A stretch of 64,000 nt of DNA from IMG/VR virus record IMGVR_UViG_2904584206_000001, one strand, 5' to 3'. Position numbers and translations under genes: made by a program. Shown piece after piece: positions 19,972 through 29,477 of the stretch. Under the pieces are notes generated by a model, which ran no database searches, was not told the DNA's origin, and worked only from the letters and a program-made list of their open reading frames with translations. How positions within the stretch are numbered: the first letter of the stretch is position 1; each line of letters starts with the position of its first letter. The stretch is from an uncultured virus (IMG/VR IMGVR_UViG_2904584206_000001) (Duplodnaviria; Heunggongvirae; Uroviricota; Caudoviricetes).

Positions 19972-19973
19972 TC

Positions 19974-20252
19974 ATGCCCCCGATTACTTGCTACCAGACC
20001 GACGACAACGGCATTTTTCTGCATACCGTGACTGCTTACCCCTTCCCAATGGAGGATCGTCTCAACGTGCCTTATCAGGCAGTGCAGACGGCCGTGCCGG
20101 AAATCCCGACTGGACACCGCGCGCGCTGGCTCTCGCCCTTCCGTCCGATGGATCCGGAATACGACACCGCCGGCGAGTGGGTCATCGAAGAAATTCCCGC
20201 GCCGGCGGAACCGGTGGAAGAGCCGACCGCAGAATCCCCGGCGCAAGCCTAA
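19974..20252 (+). CDS. Putative tail fibre assembly protein
   Basis: Directly after the fibre gene; YQTD..G.F. Confidence 0.6.
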   Translation: MPPITCYQTDDNGIFLHTVTAYPFPMEDRLNVPYQAVQTAVPEIPTGHRARWLSPFRPMDPEYDTAGEWVIEEIPAPAEPVEEPTAESPAQA

Positions 20253-20276
20253 ACCGCACTCACTAGGAGTTATCAA

Positions 20277-21452
20277 ATGGCAGCTGACTATCACCATGGC
20301 GTGCGCGTCATCGAAATCAACGAAGGCACGCGCCCCATCCGTACCATCTCCACCGCCGTCATCGGCGTCATCGTCACGGCCGATGATGCGGATGCGACTG
20401 CCTTCCCGCTGGATACCGCAGTTCTGATTACCAATGTTGTCGCGGCGCAGGCCAAGGCTGGCAAGCGCGGCACCATGCGCCGCGTGCTGGAAGCCATTGC
20501 GGCACAAGCTAAACCCCTGGTGGTGCTCGTGCGCGTGGCTGAGGGCGACGACGAAGCCGAGCAAACCAGCCTGGTCATCGGCGGCGTCTCGGCCGAGGGC
20601 CGCTATACCGGTTCCAAGGCTCTCTTGGCGGCGCAAGCCAAGCTCGGCATCAAGCCGCGCATCCTGGGTGCGCCGGGTCTGGATACAAAGGCGGTCACCA
20701 ATGCACTGGCCTCCCTGGCGCAGACCCTGCGCGCGTTCGTCTACGCATCGTGCTGGAACTGCGCCACGGTGGTCGCAGCCACGGCCTACCGTACCGAGTT
20801 TGGCCAGCGTGAGGTCATGCTGATCTGGCCGGAATTCGTCTCGTGGGACACAACCTCGAATGCCGATGTGAGCATCTCGGCCGTGGCCTACGCGCTGGGC
20901 CTGCGCGCCAAGATCGACGAGCAGACCGGCTGGCACAAGACGCTGTCCAATGTGGTGGTGAACGGCCCGACCGGCATCAGCCGGGACGTGTTCTGGGATC
21001 TGCAAGACCCGGCGACGGACGCCGGCGTGCTCAACGCCAAGGAAGTCACTACCCTCATCAACATGAGCGGCTACCGCTTCTGGGGCTCGCGCACCTGCGA
21101 AATCCAGGGCGGTTACTTCCCCTTCGAGAACTACACCCGCACAGCACAGGTGTTGGCCGACACCATTGCCGAGGCGCACATGGTCTATGTCGACCTGCCG
21201 ATGACGCCCTCGCTCGTCAAGGATCTGGTGGCGAGCATCAATGCCAAGTTCCGATCCTTGAAGGCCAGCGGCTACATCATCGACGGTGAAGCTTGGTTCG
21301 ACGAGCAGTTCAACGAAAAGGAAACCCTGAAGGCCGGCCAGCTCGTGATCGACTACGGCTATACGCCAGTTCCTCCCGTGGAAAACCTGCTGTTCCAGCA
21401 GCGCATCACTGACCAATACCTGGCCGACTTCGCCGCGCGCGTCGCCGCCTAA
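20277..21452 (+). CDS. FI: Tail sheath (P2 gpFI)
   Basis: YHHGVRV, PRILGAPG, GWHKTLSN, FWGSRT. Confidence 0.95.
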   Translation: MAADYHHGVRVIEINEGTRPIRTISTAVIGVIVTADDADATAFPLDTAVLITNVVAAQAKAGKRGTMRRVLEAIAAQAKPLVVLVRVAEGDDEAEQTSLVIGGVSAEGRYTGSKALLAAQAKLGIKPRILGAPGLDTKAVTNALASLAQTLRAFVYASCWNCATVVAATAYRTEFGQREVMLIWPEFVSWDTTSNADVSISAVAYALGLRAKIDEQTGWHKTLSNVVVNGPTGISRDVFWDLQDPATDAGVLNAKEVTTLINMSGYRFWGSRTCEIQGGYFPFENYTRTAQVLADTIAEAHMVYVDLPMTPSLVKDLVASINAKFRSLKASGYIIDGEAWFDEQFNEKETLKAGQLVIDYGYTPVPPVENLLFQQRITDQYLADFAARVAA

Positions 21453-21509
21453 TGGGTAGCTGGCCGGTACGCCCGGCCGCCTCCCGACATCACATCATAG
21501 GAGCAAGAC

Positions 21510-22019
21510 ATGGGCATGCCCCACAAACTCAAGGATTTCAACCTGTTCGAGAACGGCATCAGCTTTGCCGGCATGGCCACGGAGGTGACCTTGCCGAAGC
21601 TGTCGCGCAAGATGGAGGAATATCGCGCGGGCGGCATGTCCGGTCCGGTCTCGGTGGACCTGGGCCAAGAAGCCATCCAGCTGGAGTGGACCGCCGGCGG
21701 CCTGGTCAAGGAAGCCCTGAAGCAATACGCGGCCAAGTCCCACGGTGCCGTGCAACTGCGCTTCGCAGGCGCTTACCAGAACGACGATGATGGCTCCGTG
21801 CAGGCGGTGGAAATCACCGTGCGCGGTCGCTATAAAGAAGTGGATATGGGCAATGCCAAGGTGGGCGACGACACCTCGCATAAGTTCAGCATGCCCCTGA
21901 GCGCCTACAAGCTCACCATCGACAACGAAGTGATGTTCGATTTCGACTTCATGAACGGCATCGAGATCGTCGGCGGCGAAGATCGCCGCGCCGACATCCG
22001 TAAGGCTATCGGCCTGTAA
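21510..22019 (+). CDS. FII: Tail tube (P2 gpFII)
   Basis: LPKLSRKMEEYRAGGM, IRKAIGL. Confidence 0.95.
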   Translation: MGMPHKLKDFNLFENGISFAGMATEVTLPKLSRKMEEYRAGGMSGPVSVDLGQEAIQLEWTAGGLVKEALKQYAAKSHGAVQLRFAGAYQNDDDGSVQAVEITVRGRYKEVDMGNAKVGDDTSHKFSMPLSAYKLTIDNEVMFDFDFMNGIEIVGGEDRRADIRKAIGL

Positions 22020-22078
22020 TGGCCAGGCGGCATCCCGCCGCCTGCCTCTCCCAATTCCCAATCTGACAAGGAACCACC

Positions 22079-22396
22079 ATGACCACCACAACCGTCCCCA
22101 AAATCGAAACCGTTGTTGTCGAACTGGACGAACCGCTGGCGCGCGGCAATACCCAAATCACCGAGCTGACCCTGCGCCGCCCCAAGTCCGGCGCCCTGCG
22201 TGGCGTCAGCCTGATGGATCTCATGAATATGAACGTGAGCGCACTGCAGGTGGTACTGCCGCGCATCAGCGAGCCCGCCCTGACGCAGTTCGACGTCGCC
22301 GCCATGGATCCGGCCGACCTGATCAAGTGCGGCATGGAGGTCTCTGTTTTTTTGGCACCGAAGGCGGACCGCGCCTTGGTCTCCCAATCGAAGTAG
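22079..22396 (+). CDS. E: Tail assembly chaperone gpE
   Basis: PKSGALRGVSL, LPRI, MDPADL. Confidence 0.9.
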   Translation: MTTTTVPKIETVVVELDEPLARGNTQITELTLRRPKSGALRGVSLMDLMNMNVSALQVVLPRISEPALTQFDVAAMDPADLIKCGMEVSVFLAPKADRALVSQSK

Positions 22397-22518
22397 AAGA
22401 CGCCATGGCGGACATCGCGACGGTGTTCCACTGGCCACCGGCCGCGATGGATGACTTGGAGCTGGCAGACCTCATGAAGTGGCGCGAGCGCGCCCGAGTA
22501 AGAAGCGGGGCAGAGTAA
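22347..22518 (+). CDS. E' extension reached by -1 frameshift at TTTTTTG
   Basis: T7G at 22347-22354; -1 frame reads MADIATVFHWPP..W. Confidence 0.8.
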
Positions 22519-25143
22519 ATGGCAAATGAACTGAAAATGCAGGTGGTGTTCTCCATGATGGAGAAAATCACCGCCCCGCTGAAGAAGATCGCCAGCGGTG
22601 CCAAGGACACCGGAAAGGCACTGAAGGACACCAGCGACCGGCTGCGCGAACTGAACAAGCAACAAAAAGACCTCGACGGCCTGCGCGACCTGCATCAGGG
22701 CATGCGCAAGACGAATGTCGAACTGTCCACCGCGCAGCAGCGCGTGACCGAGCTGGCGGCCAGGATGAAGGGTGTAGAGAACCCGACCCGCGCCATGACG
22801 CGCGAATTTAATGCTGCCGTGCGCAGCGTCAAATCCCTGCAGGAAGCCAGTGAGCGGCAAGGCACGCAGTATCGCGCCTTGCGCGAACGCTTGGCCGATG
22901 CCGGCATTGGCTCGCGCCAGCTCGCCAACGCGCAGACCTGGCTCAAGAACAGCATCGCCGCCACCAATGCCGAATTGGCCGACCAGCAAAAGAAGCTGGC
23001 CGCTAGCCATCGTCAGCAGCAGGTGATGGCCAATGCCCGCCAGCGTGCCGACAAGCTGCGCAGCACGGCAGGTGGGTTGGCTGCGGCCGGCGTAGGTGCC
23101 ACGGCCAGCGGTGCCGCCATGGGCGCCCCTGTGCTGGCCGGCCTAAAGGAAGCCAAGCACTACGAGACCGAGAACGGCCGCGTGCGTGCGCTCGGCCTGG
23201 GACCGGCCGCCACCGCCGAGGCGATCAAGTTCGCCCGCGACATGAAAACTTACGGCACCAGCCAGCTCGACAACCTGCAGTTGCTGCGCGACGGCATTAC
23301 GGCCTTTGGCGACACGCACCACGCCGAAATGGTCGCGCCGATGATGGCCAAGATGAAATTCGGCAATCACGCTTTCTACGGGGAAGCCGAAGGCGCCGAG
23401 AATGAGCGCAAGTTCATGGACATGCTGAAGGTCATTGAAATGCGCAACGGCACCAAGGACATTGGCACCTTCTCCAAACAGGCCAACATGGTGCAGCAGG
23501 TGCTGACCGCCACCGGTGGCCGTGTGGGGCCCAGCGAATGGCTGAACCTGATCAAGACGGGCGGTATTGCGGCCAAGGGCATCAAGGATGAGGCGTTCTA
23601 TTACCAGATGGAATCCCTGGTGCAGGAAATGGGTGGTAACCGGGTCGGCACCTCGATGATGAGCGCTTACCAGAACCTGTACCAAGGCCGCACCACCAAG
23701 CGTTCCATCGGGATGCTGGCGGACCTGGGCCTGATCGGCGACCAGTCCAAGGTCAAGCATGACAAGGCCGGGCAAGTCTCGTTCCTGAATCCGGGGGCCA
23801 TCAAGGGTGCGGACCTGTTCCGCGAGAACCAATTCGAATGGATGGAGAAAGTGCTCTTGCCGCAACTGGCCAGCAAGGGCATTACCGACGAAAAGGGAAT
23901 TCTCGACGCGATCGGCGGGATCTTCTCGAACCGCACGGCCGCGCAGCTTTTCTCCACCATGTACCAGCAGCGTACGCAGATCCACAAGAACGAGAAACTG
24001 AATCGGGGCGCTGCCAACATCGACGAGCTAGACAAGCTCGGGCGCGACACGGCCAGCGGCAAGGAACTGGAAACCCTGGCCAAGGTGGCGGATTTGAAAT
24101 TGGAGCTGGGAAGCAAGATCTTGCCGCTCTACGCCTCCGGCCTGCAGATGGCCACCAATGCCGTCCAGGCGCTGACCGGCTTCATGGAGCGTAATCCCGC
24201 CACGGCCAAGGCCATGATCGTGGGCTTATCCGCCATCGCGGCGATCATGGTGGTGATGGGGCCGCTGATGCTGGCCCTGGCGTCCGTCATCGGCCCCTAT
24301 GCCATGTTGCACGTTCTGTTTGCGAGGATCGGTCTGCAGGGCAATTTGCTCATGCCCGTCTTGCGGGGTATTGGGACAGTCTTCATGTGGCTGGGACGGA
24401 TCTTCCTGATGAACCCGATTGGCCTAGCGGTGACCGCCATCGCTGCCGCTGCCTATCTGCTGTACCGCAATTGGGAACCCATCGCCGGTTTCTTCGGCAA
24501 CCTGTGGCAGCAGGTACGCGGTGCCTTCGCGGGCGGCCTGGCCGGAATTGGCGTGCTGATCTTGAATTGGTCGCCAGCAGGCCTGTTCTACCAGGCATTT
24601 GCCGGGGTCATGAGCTGGTTCGGTGTCGAGCTGCCGGCCAAGTTCACCGAGTTCGGCGCAATGATCCTGCGCGGCCTAGTCAACGGCATCACCAGCGGCA
24701 TTGGTGCGGTGAAGGATGCGGTGTTGGGTGCCGGTGCCAGTGTCATTGGCTGGTTCAAGGAAAAGCTCGATATTCACAGCCCGAGCCGGGTCTTTGCCGA
24801 GCTGGGCGACTACACCATGCAAGGCCTGGCCGTGGGCTTGAATCGCGGCCAGGACGGCCCGCTGTCTACCGTCAGCAGCCTCGCCGGCAAGCTGGCCAGC
24901 GCCGGCGCGGCCGTGGCCATTGGCGCGGGCAGCATGCCGGCGATGGCCTTTGACAGCCGCCCGCCGATCAGCGCTGCAGGCGGGCAGCCTGTCGTCTACC
25001 AGGGCGACACCGTGCAAATCATTATCCAGCCGACGCCCGGCATGGATGAGCAAGCCATCGCCCGCGCGGTGGCCGCCGAGCTGGACCGTCGCGACCGCAT
25101 GAAGGGGTCGCGTCAGCGCTCGAACCTTGCAGATTGGGATTAA
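22519..25143 (+). CDS. T: Tape measure protein (gpT)
   Basis: Long Ala-rich helical protein; NPIGL, IHSPSRVF; synteny. Confidence 0.9.
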   Translation: MANELKMQVVFSMMEKITAPLKKIASGAKDTGKALKDTSDRLRELNKQQKDLDGLRDLHQGMRKTNVELSTAQQRVTELAARMKGVENPTRAMTREFNAAVRSVKSLQEASERQGTQYRALRERLADAGIGSRQLANAQTWLKNSIAATNAELADQQKKLAASHRQQQVMANARQRADKLRSTAGGLAAAGVGATASGAAMGAPVLAGLKEAKHYETENGRVRALGLGPAATAEAIKFARDMKTYGTSQLDNLQLLRDGITAFGDTHHAEMVAPMMAKMKFGNHAFYGEAEGAENERKFMDMLKVIEMRNGTKDIGTFSKQANMVQQVLTATGGRVGPSEWLNLIKTGGIAAKGIKDEAFYYQMESLVQEMGGNRVGTSMMSAYQNLYQGRTTKRSIGMLADLGLIGDQSKVKHDKAGQVSFLNPGAIKGADLFRENQFEWMEKVLLPQLASKGITDEKGILDAIGGIFSNRTAAQLFSTMYQQRTQIHKNEKLNRGAANIDELDKLGRDTASGKELETLAKVADLKLELGSKILPLYASGLQMATNAVQALTGFMERNPATAKAMIVGLSAIAAIMVVMGPLMLALASVIGPYAMLHVLFARIGLQGNLLMPVLRGIGTVFMWLGRIFLMNPIGLAVTAIAAAAYLLYRNWEPIAGFFGNLWQQVRGAFAGGLAGIGVLILNWSPAGLFYQAFAGVMSWFGVELPAKFTEFGAMILRGLVNGITSGIGAVKDAVLGAGASVIGWFKEKLDIHSPSRVFAELGDYTMQGLAVGLNRGQDGPLSTVSSLAGKLASAGAAVAIGAGSMPAMAFDSRPPISAAGGQPVVYQGDTVQIIIQPTPGMDEQAIARAVAAELDRRDRMKGSRQRSNLADWD

Positions 25144-25152
25144 GGAAAAATC

Positions 25153-25704
25153 ATGATGATGATCCTGGGAATGTTTGTCTTCAGCCTGCCTACGCTGGCC
25201 TATCAGGAACTCCAGCGGCAGACGCAATGGAAGTTCGCCAGCAATTCGCGGGTGGGCCGGCGTGATGCCCTGCAGTTCACCGGCAAGGGGGATGACGCCA
25301 TTACCTTGTCGGGCTGGATCGCACCGGAGCTGACCGGCAGCGCCTTCTCACTGGACGCCCTGCGCCTGATGGCCGATACCGGAAAAAGCTGGTTCCTGAT
25401 CCAAGGTACGGGACGCATCTATGGTTCCTATGTCATCGAGAGCATGGAGGAGGGACGCACAGTGCTGGATGGTTATGGCGATGCCAAGCGCATCGAATTC
25501 ACCATCAAGTTGAAGCGCACAGACGACAGTGTGCTGTCGTCGCTCGGACTGGGCGATATCTCGGATCTGCGCAACATGGTCGACATCGACGGCGTCACGA
25601 ACAGCATCACGGACAAGGCGCGCGACGTGGTCGGCAGTGCCATCGATGGCGTTAAATCCACGGTCGGTGGCATCGTCGGTAAGTTCGGAGGGACTGGCCA
25701 ATGA
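25153..25704 (+). CDS. U: Tail protein gpU
   Basis: MMILGMFVF, Q(F)TG.G.D.ITLSG, IEFTIKLKR. Confidence 0.9.
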   Translation: MMMILGMFVFSLPTLAYQELQRQTQWKFASNSRVGRRDALQFTGKGDDAITLSGWIAPELTGSAFSLDALRLMADTGKSWFLIQGTGRIYGSYVIESMEEGRTVLDGYGDAKRIEFTIKLKRTDDSVLSSLGLGDISDLRNMVDIDGVTNSITDKARDVVGSAIDGVKSTVGGIVGKFGGTGQ

Positions 25705-26930
25705 CCACCACCGCGCCAGCCTTCCGCATTGTCATCGAGGAAAAGGACATCAGCCGCCCTGTCTCCGACAGGCTCATGAGCATCACCTTGCGCGAGTGCC
25801 GGGGTGATGAAGCCGATCAACTGGACATCGAGCTGGACGACGCCGACGGCAAGTTGAAGATTCCGCCCAAGGGGGCCAAGCTGAATTTCTCGCTTGGCTG
25901 GATGGGTTCGCCTCTGGTGGACAAGGGGGCGTTCGTGGTCTCGGAGGTGGAGCACAGCGGTGCGCCGGATCGGCTCACCATCCGCGCCAGGTCGGCCAGC
26001 ATGATCGATGCTTTTCGGCAGCAGCGAGACCGCAGTTTCCATGAGACTACTCTCGGCGCAGTGGTGGATGCCATCGCCGCCGGCAATGGGCTGGCATCGG
26101 GGATATCGGCCGGCCTGCGGTCCATCGCCATCAAGCATCTGGACCAAACACATGAAAGCGATTCCGCACTGCTGCGCCGCCTGGGCAAGAAATATGATGC
26201 GGTGGCCACCGTGAAAAATGACACGTTGTTGTTCATGCCGATCAACGAGAGTCGCACGGCCAGCGGCAAGCCCTTACCGGTGGTGAAGGTGGTGCGTGCG
26301 CTGGGCGACCAGCACCGATATCACAGCTCGGAATCCGATGCGTATAGCGGCGTTCGCGCGTTCTGGATGGATGAGAAATACGGACGCCGCCGCAGTGTCG
26401 TCGCGGGCCAGGCAGGCAACAGCAAGCGCTTGCGCACCACGTTCGCGAATGAGACTGATGCGCGTGCTGCCGCCGTGGCCGAGTGGCAGCGCATTGAACG
26501 TGGCTTGGCCACCTTCGAGATGCAGCTTGCGCTCGGCGATGCCAGCATCATGCCGCAATCGCCTGTAGTGGTTTCGGGATTCAAGGCAGATATCGACGCC
26601 ACGGAATGGCTATCGAAGACCGTCACTCATTCCATCACAGGAAGCGGCTTTACGACGCGCATCGAGTTCGAGACCAAAACCGAACCGGCCGACACTGAGC
26701 GCGAGCTCGATCATGATCCAGAGGAAGGCATCACCGGCGTGAAAGCGGAATGGCACGACAAGGCAAAAAAGAAGAGCAACAAGGGCACTGAGTTGGCAGG
26801 TAAAGCCGACAACGCCAAGACGCTGAAACGGACCTATGCCACCAAGCAAAGTGCCAACCGTGCTGCAGCTCTGGAGTGGGCCAAAATCAAAGAGGTTCGC
26901 GAGATCATCGCGGAGAACAATCTAGATTGA
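25701..26930 (+). CDS. D: Baseplate hub / late control protein gpD
   Basis: EADQLDIELDD, SGAPD, DQTHESD. Confidence 0.9.
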   Translation: MTTTAPAFRIVIEEKDISRPVSDRLMSITLRECRGDEADQLDIELDDADGKLKIPPKGAKLNFSLGWMGSPLVDKGAFVVSEVEHSGAPDRLTIRARSASMIDAFRQQRDRSFHETTLGAVVDAIAAGNGLASGISAGLRSIAIKHLDQTHESDSALLRRLGKKYDAVATVKNDTLLFMPINESRTASGKPLPVVKVVRALGDQHRYHSSESDAYSGVRAFWMDEKYGRRRSVVAGQAGNSKRLRTTFANETDARAAAVAEWQRIERGLATFEMQLALGDASIMPQSPVVVSGFKADIDATEWLSKTVTHSITGSGFTTRIEFETKTEPADTERELDHDPEEGITGVKAEWHDKAKKKSNKGTELAGKADNAKTLKRTYATKQSANRAAALEWAKIKEVREIIAENNLD

Positions 26931-26969
26931 TCAGCACCGAGTGAGATTTTCGTTGCTGATTGCACTCAC

Positions 26970-27767
26970 TTAGCGCGACCAGGCGGCCGAGCGGCCATCT
27001 GTCGCAGCGATGCACTCGCTTAGCAATCCACCGGCTGTCTTGATTATGCTGCCAGCCGAATACGGCTTTCCGTCATAGATGCAATGAGCATTGGAATCCA
27101 TTGCATCACTAGGCGCAGGCATCTTATACAGCAGCCATGCACTTGATGCGGCTAGGAGAAGAACTAATGTCACCAGCGCAAATATCGCCCGCTGCGAGCG
27201 AGAGAACGACGCATCTTTTTCCTTGCAGATCGCACACTCGACCAGAGCATGAATTGGCGCAGTCGAATGTGGAATAGTTTCTTGAGCAAGTGCTGCAGGG
27301 ACAGCAGGAACAGTAGGAACAGCAGGAACAGTAGGAACAGCAGGAACAGTAGGAACAGTAGGAACAGTAGGAACAGTAGGAACAGTAGAAACAGTAGGAA
27401 CAGTAGGAACAGTAGGAACAGTAGGAACAGTAGGAACGATACTGGATTTAGCCACGCCTGCTGCAATCCATTCTTCCAATGTTTTTTTAACTGTCATATA
27501 GTGCTCGATGGGCAGTTCGCGAAAATATTTGATTCCATAATCAGTGATGAAAATTTTATAGATTTCAATCTCTTCGTCGCCGCATATCGCTGCCCATTCC
27601 TTCACCAGCATATTGATTCTTTTTCGCTGATACTCAGTAATTCTTTGTACTTCCTTTTTGGCCTCGCTCAAATTCAGAGTCATCACGTTATTAAACCGCG
27701 GTGCCTCATGAACGTTGCCTTCGATAATTTGGCCAATATCGCGCTGCGCTTCAATTTTTTCTGACAT
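26970..27767 (-). CDS. Bitopic membrane protein: IGQ motif, ORF6C-like region, (VPT)n linker, CxxC, TM helix, DUF1496-like C-terminal domain
   Basis: TM AIFALVTLVLLLAASSAWLLY; CIYDGKPYSAGS...C; same strand as the repressor. Confidence 0.65.
   Translation of the reverse strand: MSEKIEAQRDIGQIIEGNVHEAPRFNNVMTLNLSEAKKEVQRITEYQRKRINMLVKEWAAICGDEEIEIYKIFITDYGIKYFRELPIEHYMTVKKTLEEWIAAGVAKSSIVPTVPTVPTVPTVPTVSTVPTVPTVPTVPTVPAVPTVPAVPTVPAVPAALAQETIPHSTAPIHALVECAICKEKDASFSRSQRAIFALVTLVLLLAASSAWLLYKMPAPSDAMDSNAHCIYDGKPYSAGSIIKTAGGLLSECIAATDGRSAAWSR
27298..27437. repeat. 9-bp tandem repeat GGAACAGTA, 15 full units plus a partial
   Basis: Directly visible; encodes about 16 VP(T/A) triplets in frame. Confidence 0.95.
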
Positions 27768-27887
27768 TCAAAAACCTAATGGTTACTACTGACGCGTTAC
27801 TCCCTGTCACGCGTCGAAGCACACTAAAACATGCGCGGTTCGCCAGACACGCAAAAACGGAACTTGGCGTAAGCGCGCCAGATACTT

Positions 27888-28244
27888 TTATTTCTTTTTT
27901 GCGGCAGATTTTGTGTAAGCACCCTCGGCGACATAGAAGCCTTGAGACGCTGATTTAACCGAAATCGGGACGGCCTCTATGATGGGCGAGTTTTCCGATG
28001 TCAGCACCTTGAGTCTTTCGCCGGGACCGGTAAGAACACAGCGCTTAGAATCGAAAAACGATTGAAGCCTTGTCTGCTCACCCGATGCGGCCATTTTGAA
28101 CGCCGACAGCAAATCCTCGGGCGTTATGCAGGCCACTGTGGCATTGATTGGTTCGATGATGTCTTCGGCTTTGAATTTTGGTGCGTCCGCCAGCGCCGAA
28201 ATGGAAAGCAATGCGCAGAGGCATGCTACGAAAATCTTGTTCAT
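27888..28244 (-). CDS. Exported protein in the immunity operon
   Basis: Signal peptide MNKIFVACLCALLSISALA; two Cys in the mature part. Confidence 0.7.
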   Translation of the reverse strand: MNKIFVACLCALLSISALADAPKFKAEDIIEPINATVACITPEDLLSAFKMAASGEQTRLQSFFDSKRCVLTGPGERLKVLTSENSPIIEAVPISVKSASQGFYVAEGAYTKSAAKKK

Positions 28245-28289
28245 AAATCCCCAAACGCAAGTCGGCACCCTTGCACCGACCTTCATTTT

Positions 28290-28724
28290 TCACTTCTTCT
28301 TTATCGTTTTATGGACCATGACTGGGCCTTGAAGCGTCCCATGGATATCACCAGTAATATACTGGCCAATGCCACCGCCAGCGGTTATGTGTGAGGCGTT
28401 CTTGCTGCCGGTATCAGCGGAGGCCGCACCTTCTAAGATCCCGAGAATTCTTGCTTTTGTTCTCACGTCAATCGTTCGATAGCCATTGAGTAGTTCTTTT
28501 TCATCGTCCTCCAGAACCTCTGCGGATGGGGAGCCGCTGAACAGGAACACTATGTCTACACCCGCCTCGAATAGCCCTTGCAGATAGCCGGAATCCGGCT
28601 TGCGCGATCCATTTTCATAGTTCATCTGGGCATCCCTAGTTACCCCACCGAGGGATGCAAATTTCTCCTGGCTCAAGCCAAGTCGCTTGCGCTCAAACTT
28701 TAAACGTTCTTGAAATGAAGTCAT
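28290..28724 (-). CDS. XRE-family HTH prophage repressor without an S24 peptidase domain
   Basis: RLKFERKRLGLSQEKFA..GGV...Q.NYE.G.R.PD. Confidence 0.9.
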   Translation of the reverse strand: MTSFQERLKFERKRLGLSQEKFASLGGVTRDAQMNYENGSRKPDSGYLQGLFEAGVDIVFLFSGSPSAEVLEDDEKELLNGYRTIDVRTKARILGILEGAASADTGSKNASHITAGGGIGQYITGDIHGTLQGPVMVHKTIKKK

Positions 28725-28740
28725 TTGACTTGAATGTTTG

Positions 28741-28769
28741 TTGACTTGCGGCCGCATGACCGCTATATT
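28741..28769 (+). promoter_or_regulatory. Sigma70 promoter of the early lytic operon
   Basis: TTGACT-17 bp-TATATT; inverted repeat AAGTCA-tt-TGACTT at 28718-28731 is a candidate operator. Confidence 0.65.
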
Positions 28770-28806
28770 CTCGTCATTGCTAAGTGACGTATACAAATTT
28801 TACCCT

Positions 28807-29031
28807 ATGTCTACACCTGCCACTTCATTGCCAATAAGAAATGAAACTGACATTCCAGCTACCAGGGATGTCACATCGGTGGTTATGACCACCCGCCTGG
28901 ATTCTCGCGAGGCGGAAAAAGTCTCGGCCTATGCAGTTCAAGACCATCGAACTCGCTCGTCCTTTCTCCGCCTCATGGTCCTGAAAGGTATTCAGGCGTA
29001 CGAAAAAGAACACCAATCCGCAACCGCCTGA
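28807..29031 (+). CDS. Ribbon-helix-helix-like regulator divergent from the repressor
   Basis: TTRLD...A....RTRSSFLRLMV pattern. Confidence 0.6.
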   Translation: MSTPATSLPIRNETDIPATRDVTSVVMTTRLDSREAEKVSAYAVQDHRTRSSFLRLMVLKGIQAYEKEHQSATA

Positions 29032-29044
29032 CCAGGGGGAACCT

Positions 29045-29287
29045 ATGTACGACGATCCGCGCCACATCCGCGATCACAGAATCGTGATCCGCTGCAACGC
29101 CGACAACTACGCGTTCATGAAGTCGCTCGCCCAGCTGCAGGGTGAAAACTTGGCGACCTTGGCCCACGACATGATGCTGCATATGGCCGTTGAGTTCGTC
29201 GTTGCTCGTGATGTGCCCATAGTAATCAATCAAAACATGCAAACCAAGGCGCTCAAGAGCCACTTTTTAGTGCCTCAAAATGCCTGA
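29045..29287 (+). CDS. Phage hypothetical protein
   Basis: GGGGA RBS; tight operon spacing. Confidence 0.6.
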   Translation: MYDDPRHIRDHRIVIRCNADNYAFMKSLAQLQGENLATLAHDMMLHMAVEFVVARDVPIVINQNMQTKALKSHFLVPQNA

Positions 29288-29477
29288 TATCGAACTGACG
29301 CTGATAAGTCCTGCACTCGTTGAGGCATTGGAAATACTGATGGCGTGCGAGGGATTCGAGACAATCGAAGACGCCGCCGAGTTCGTTTTTTCCGCAGCGG
29401 TTCGTGAAGGTGCAAAGCGTGTTACCGGCAAGGCAAGAGTGCTCTATGCCGTTGAGGGGAAGAAGCCATGCGCGTAA
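29280..29477 (+). CDS. Phage hypothetical protein
   Basis: Overlaps both neighbours. Confidence 0.55.
   Translation: MPDIELTLISPALVEALEILMACEGFETIEDAAEFVFSAAVREGAKRVTGKARVLYAVEGKKPCA

Noticed and set aside
22347..22354. T7G run as a sequencing error or phase-variable tract
   Set aside because: It is the known P2 E/E' programmed -1 frameshift site
27170..27764. Poly-LLF (27170-27466, -) and poly-RNS (27249-27764, +) ORFs; CRISPR-like array
   Set aside because: These are alternate-frame readings of the 9-bp VNTR; there are no spacers or cas genes
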